A DNA stretch of 64,000 nucleotides, from assembly GCA_002633005.1 (NCBI GenBank), contig NMRA01000047.1, forward strand, positions 707,326 through 771,325, given 5' to 3'. This document shows positions 60,970 to 64,000 of the stretch, one piece after another. This stretch comes from Phoronis australis. Taxonomy: Eukaryota > Animalia > Phoronida. The notes beneath the pieces are model-generated. The model did not search any database and was not told the origin of the DNA. It saw only the letters and a program-made list of their open reading frames with translations. Every line of letters starts with the position of its first letter. Within the stretch, counting starts at the first letter, position 1. A program made the translations under genes and the position numbers.

Positions 60970-63900
60970 GCCAATCACAACATCTGGTTCTACAGTATAC
61001 GCCAAAGGTATTCAGAAAAAGTGACCCAGAATTCCCTGTCATCACGGATGGGCGGAAGCCGAATTCATTATAAAAGTAGCCTTCCTTCATGACTGAGAAT
61101 CAATTGTAATTTACAGGAAAGTTAGCAGGGCGGCTAAGCCATTTTGTAATTAGAATTTTGCCACCGTGATAGGCAGCCATAACGAGTCATTTTGGTGTTA
61201 ACAGAACCAGCCGTCGTGATAGGAAACACTATTTTGTCTTTTTACTTCTGTCTTCTGCTATATCTCTTTGTCATACAAAAGTGCCTGGAACACCATTTTC
61301 CATGTCTTAGTAAGTAAAGCATGATCACAATCCTCAAAAGTTTTATGAATTGCCCTGCGGCGTATCTCGGTCGAGATTTTCAAAATTTCTCAGAGAAAAG
61401 AGTTGAAGGAAATTATATTTTTATACATAATAGACCTGGGCTTGATACAAAAAACTCCCAATGGCTGATAACTGTAGCACGATTGGTTACTCCTGTTTTT
61501 TACAAGGAAACGCTCACAATTCGACATATTGCCACAAAGTGATTCCAAATAATTTAACAAACGATCAGTCACCTGGTGAGGGTTGGTTTTTTATAAAATG
61601 GTGTTGGTAAAAAAATTAATAACTTCCTTAAAAATGTCGCCAGGTTCTGTGTCGTGGCATCAGTCATAGGTGTCCCAGTTGATGAATGCATGGTTACTCT
61701 ACGTCTTGTGAGCAAAGAATGACACTTCTGAGTGGGTTATTTCCACCAATTTATATTCAGAGGTTGACAACTGAAAATTTATTGTGTAAATCTGTTGATG
61801 GGTTTGATATTTTATATTAATCACAGTGCTGATGTGCTGTTATTTATTATGCATTTATTAGCCGTACTGGAGCGACAGGCAAGATGTGATGTGATGAACA
61901 AATTGTCTATGTATGAGTTATGTTGTTATTGTTACAAGTTGAGTTTTGATCACGTGATCTCCCGTTGCATACAGCCTAGGTCAACAGTGACTAGAGGTCA
62001 CCAATTGCAAACTTGAACCAGAAACTCGTATGCATAAACCGTAATGTACTCAATATCTGAATAGTAGACGCTTATCTTGAGTTTGCTCAAGAGTAGAAAG
62101 GCAAATGCCAAAAATAATTTCAAATTCCATTTCAAGTACAAAGATTAGACCCCAGACTTTACGATCATGCTAACGTTAGCTAAATGTGACTGATGAGCCT
62201 GTTATCCACAATTTTTTCACCAAAGTAGTGTATCTGAGTACTTCTCAAGTCTTCCAACAGGTTTCTCAAGGTAGCCTTCCTGTATGGAAAAATAAGTGTT
62301 GTTCTCAACGATATGGACGTTATGGTGACGAAGGATGCAAGATAGCACCACTCAGGCATTTGTGTTCAAGCGAGTGAAGTCACTGATGTAGCAGGATGCT
62401 TATGTGCTAATTTCTTCAGTTTTGAAACATTAATAGAATGTAGACCAATGAAACTAAGGATTTTAAAATCTTTCGTCACATAATCTTTTTATGTGCATAA
62501 AGCAATGCCCAGATATTTATTATCATGTGAGTGCATTTTTTCTAAAAAATATTGATTTTGGTTGGAGGTCGCCATAACTTCCACTAACATGAAGTTTTTG
62601 GCTTTGAGGATTTTCTTTTGAAGTAAAAGTCCTCGAACTCTGCTGTCAAAAATGAAGACGTGAACATATTTTGCAAAAATAATCTTAGTTTTTGACAGCC
62701 AAGCTTTTTGGCTAAAAGGCTTAGCAAGAAAATTTCAGTTACTCTTTTGTTGCCAATAGAATAAAGAAATGGAATTTGCAAGTTTCATGCAAAAAATTTG
62801 TGGAAAATTTTACGGTCTCCATGAAAAATCATGTTTTTTCAAAATGCGCAATTGTGTGATTACAACCATCTAGACATTAATTTCGTACACATTAAGATTT
62901 TGCAATCAAGGATTTTTAAATATATCGGCAGATTATTAAAGATGTATTTTGATGCTCCTAACTATGCTAATGTATAGCAGGAACTAAACAACAATGCTAT
63001 TTAAACATCATCTATGCTAAACTAATTGCAGTTTTATTCATTGACAACTTGTAAATGTGAAAACAAAAAAATCTGCAAATAGGTGACCTTTGCACTAATG
63101 ACATTTCTTGGGGGGCTCACGTAGCCCGCATCATGCAGTGTTATTCCCGAACCCCCAACACCTTGTCATGATACTTACTGGACATGTTTGAGTGATATAC
63201 AGCAGATTATTTTCGACACAAAACTTGTTTTTTGGCAGTTTTCAACCTTCTTCATATTCACGTTGTCGCTGTATGTTGTGTTTCTAATTTGACAAGCAAT
63301 CATAGAGATAAGGAATTGGCGTCAAGTTCCACTTTGATACTTTAATACAGATTTAAGAAATTTGAACCCATGTTAGGAAAGTATACTACTGGGCTCATTT
63401 TCAAATCAAATCTGGTAAGCTATTTACGAGTATGGTGTGGAATTTTAAGTTGCAAATATTTGTTCTGATAAAATTGTCATTACTAGCGGTAGCAGTGCTG
63501 CACATTGTGAATTTTACTTGCTGTATTTATTGGTCATGGTGTCCAATACAAAGTATTTATGTTAAGTGTTTGGTCAATGGTGCAAAGTCTATTGTTTGTT
63601 ATTGGTGTAATTGTTATTACCATTTGTCCAGGATGTCTAAGTAAAATTATATCCGGTATATTAATGACATTCCATTTCTGTCCGATCTTAGCGTTTTCAT
63701 TCCTTGTTGAGAAGTCACATATGTTACTCCTCGAAAAAACGAAACGCAGAAAACACTTACTTGAAGTGCACGTTATTTTACGTTTCCATCCTATCCTACT
63801 ATTTTCATCTCTCGTTCACAAGTCGCCTGTTATTCCTCAAAAATCGGAATGCAGAAAATACCAAGTGAACTTGAAATGAACATTTTATTTTACATCTCCA

Positions 63901-64000
63901 GCCATCTTACTATTTTCATCCCCCATAGACAAGTTGCTTCCGTTGCTCAAAAAAAAAAAAAACTGAAAACAACCAATCGAAATGCATATTTTATTATCTG

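Overview
AT-rich, intron-containing animal (invertebrate-type) genomic DNA with assembly gaps; nothing prokaryotic or viral. Three multi-exon protein-coding genes can be reconstructed by hand with phase-consistent GT-AG junctions: an SLC16/MCT-family transporter (+, 6438 to ~24565), FANCB (-, 34002-45438; start exon uncertain) and MOSPD2 (+, 48417-60969; first exon missing, probably in the 46591-47528 gap). FANCB and MOSPD2 lie head-to-head, as in human. Introns and intergenic DNA are full of decayed LINEs, many MITE families, a pogo/mariner-type element carrying a HIRAN-like ORF, a tRNA-derived element, two Penelope-type hammerhead-like motifs and near-perfect palindromes. The most unusual signal is a Helentron/HINE (DINE-1-like) element family with 5 copies, one nested inside another. 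Its internal tandem repeats each carry a CTCF-consensus motif in a single orientation, and two of these arrays flank the FANCB-MOSPD2 promoter region convergently. All family assignments come from recalled motifs, not database searches.
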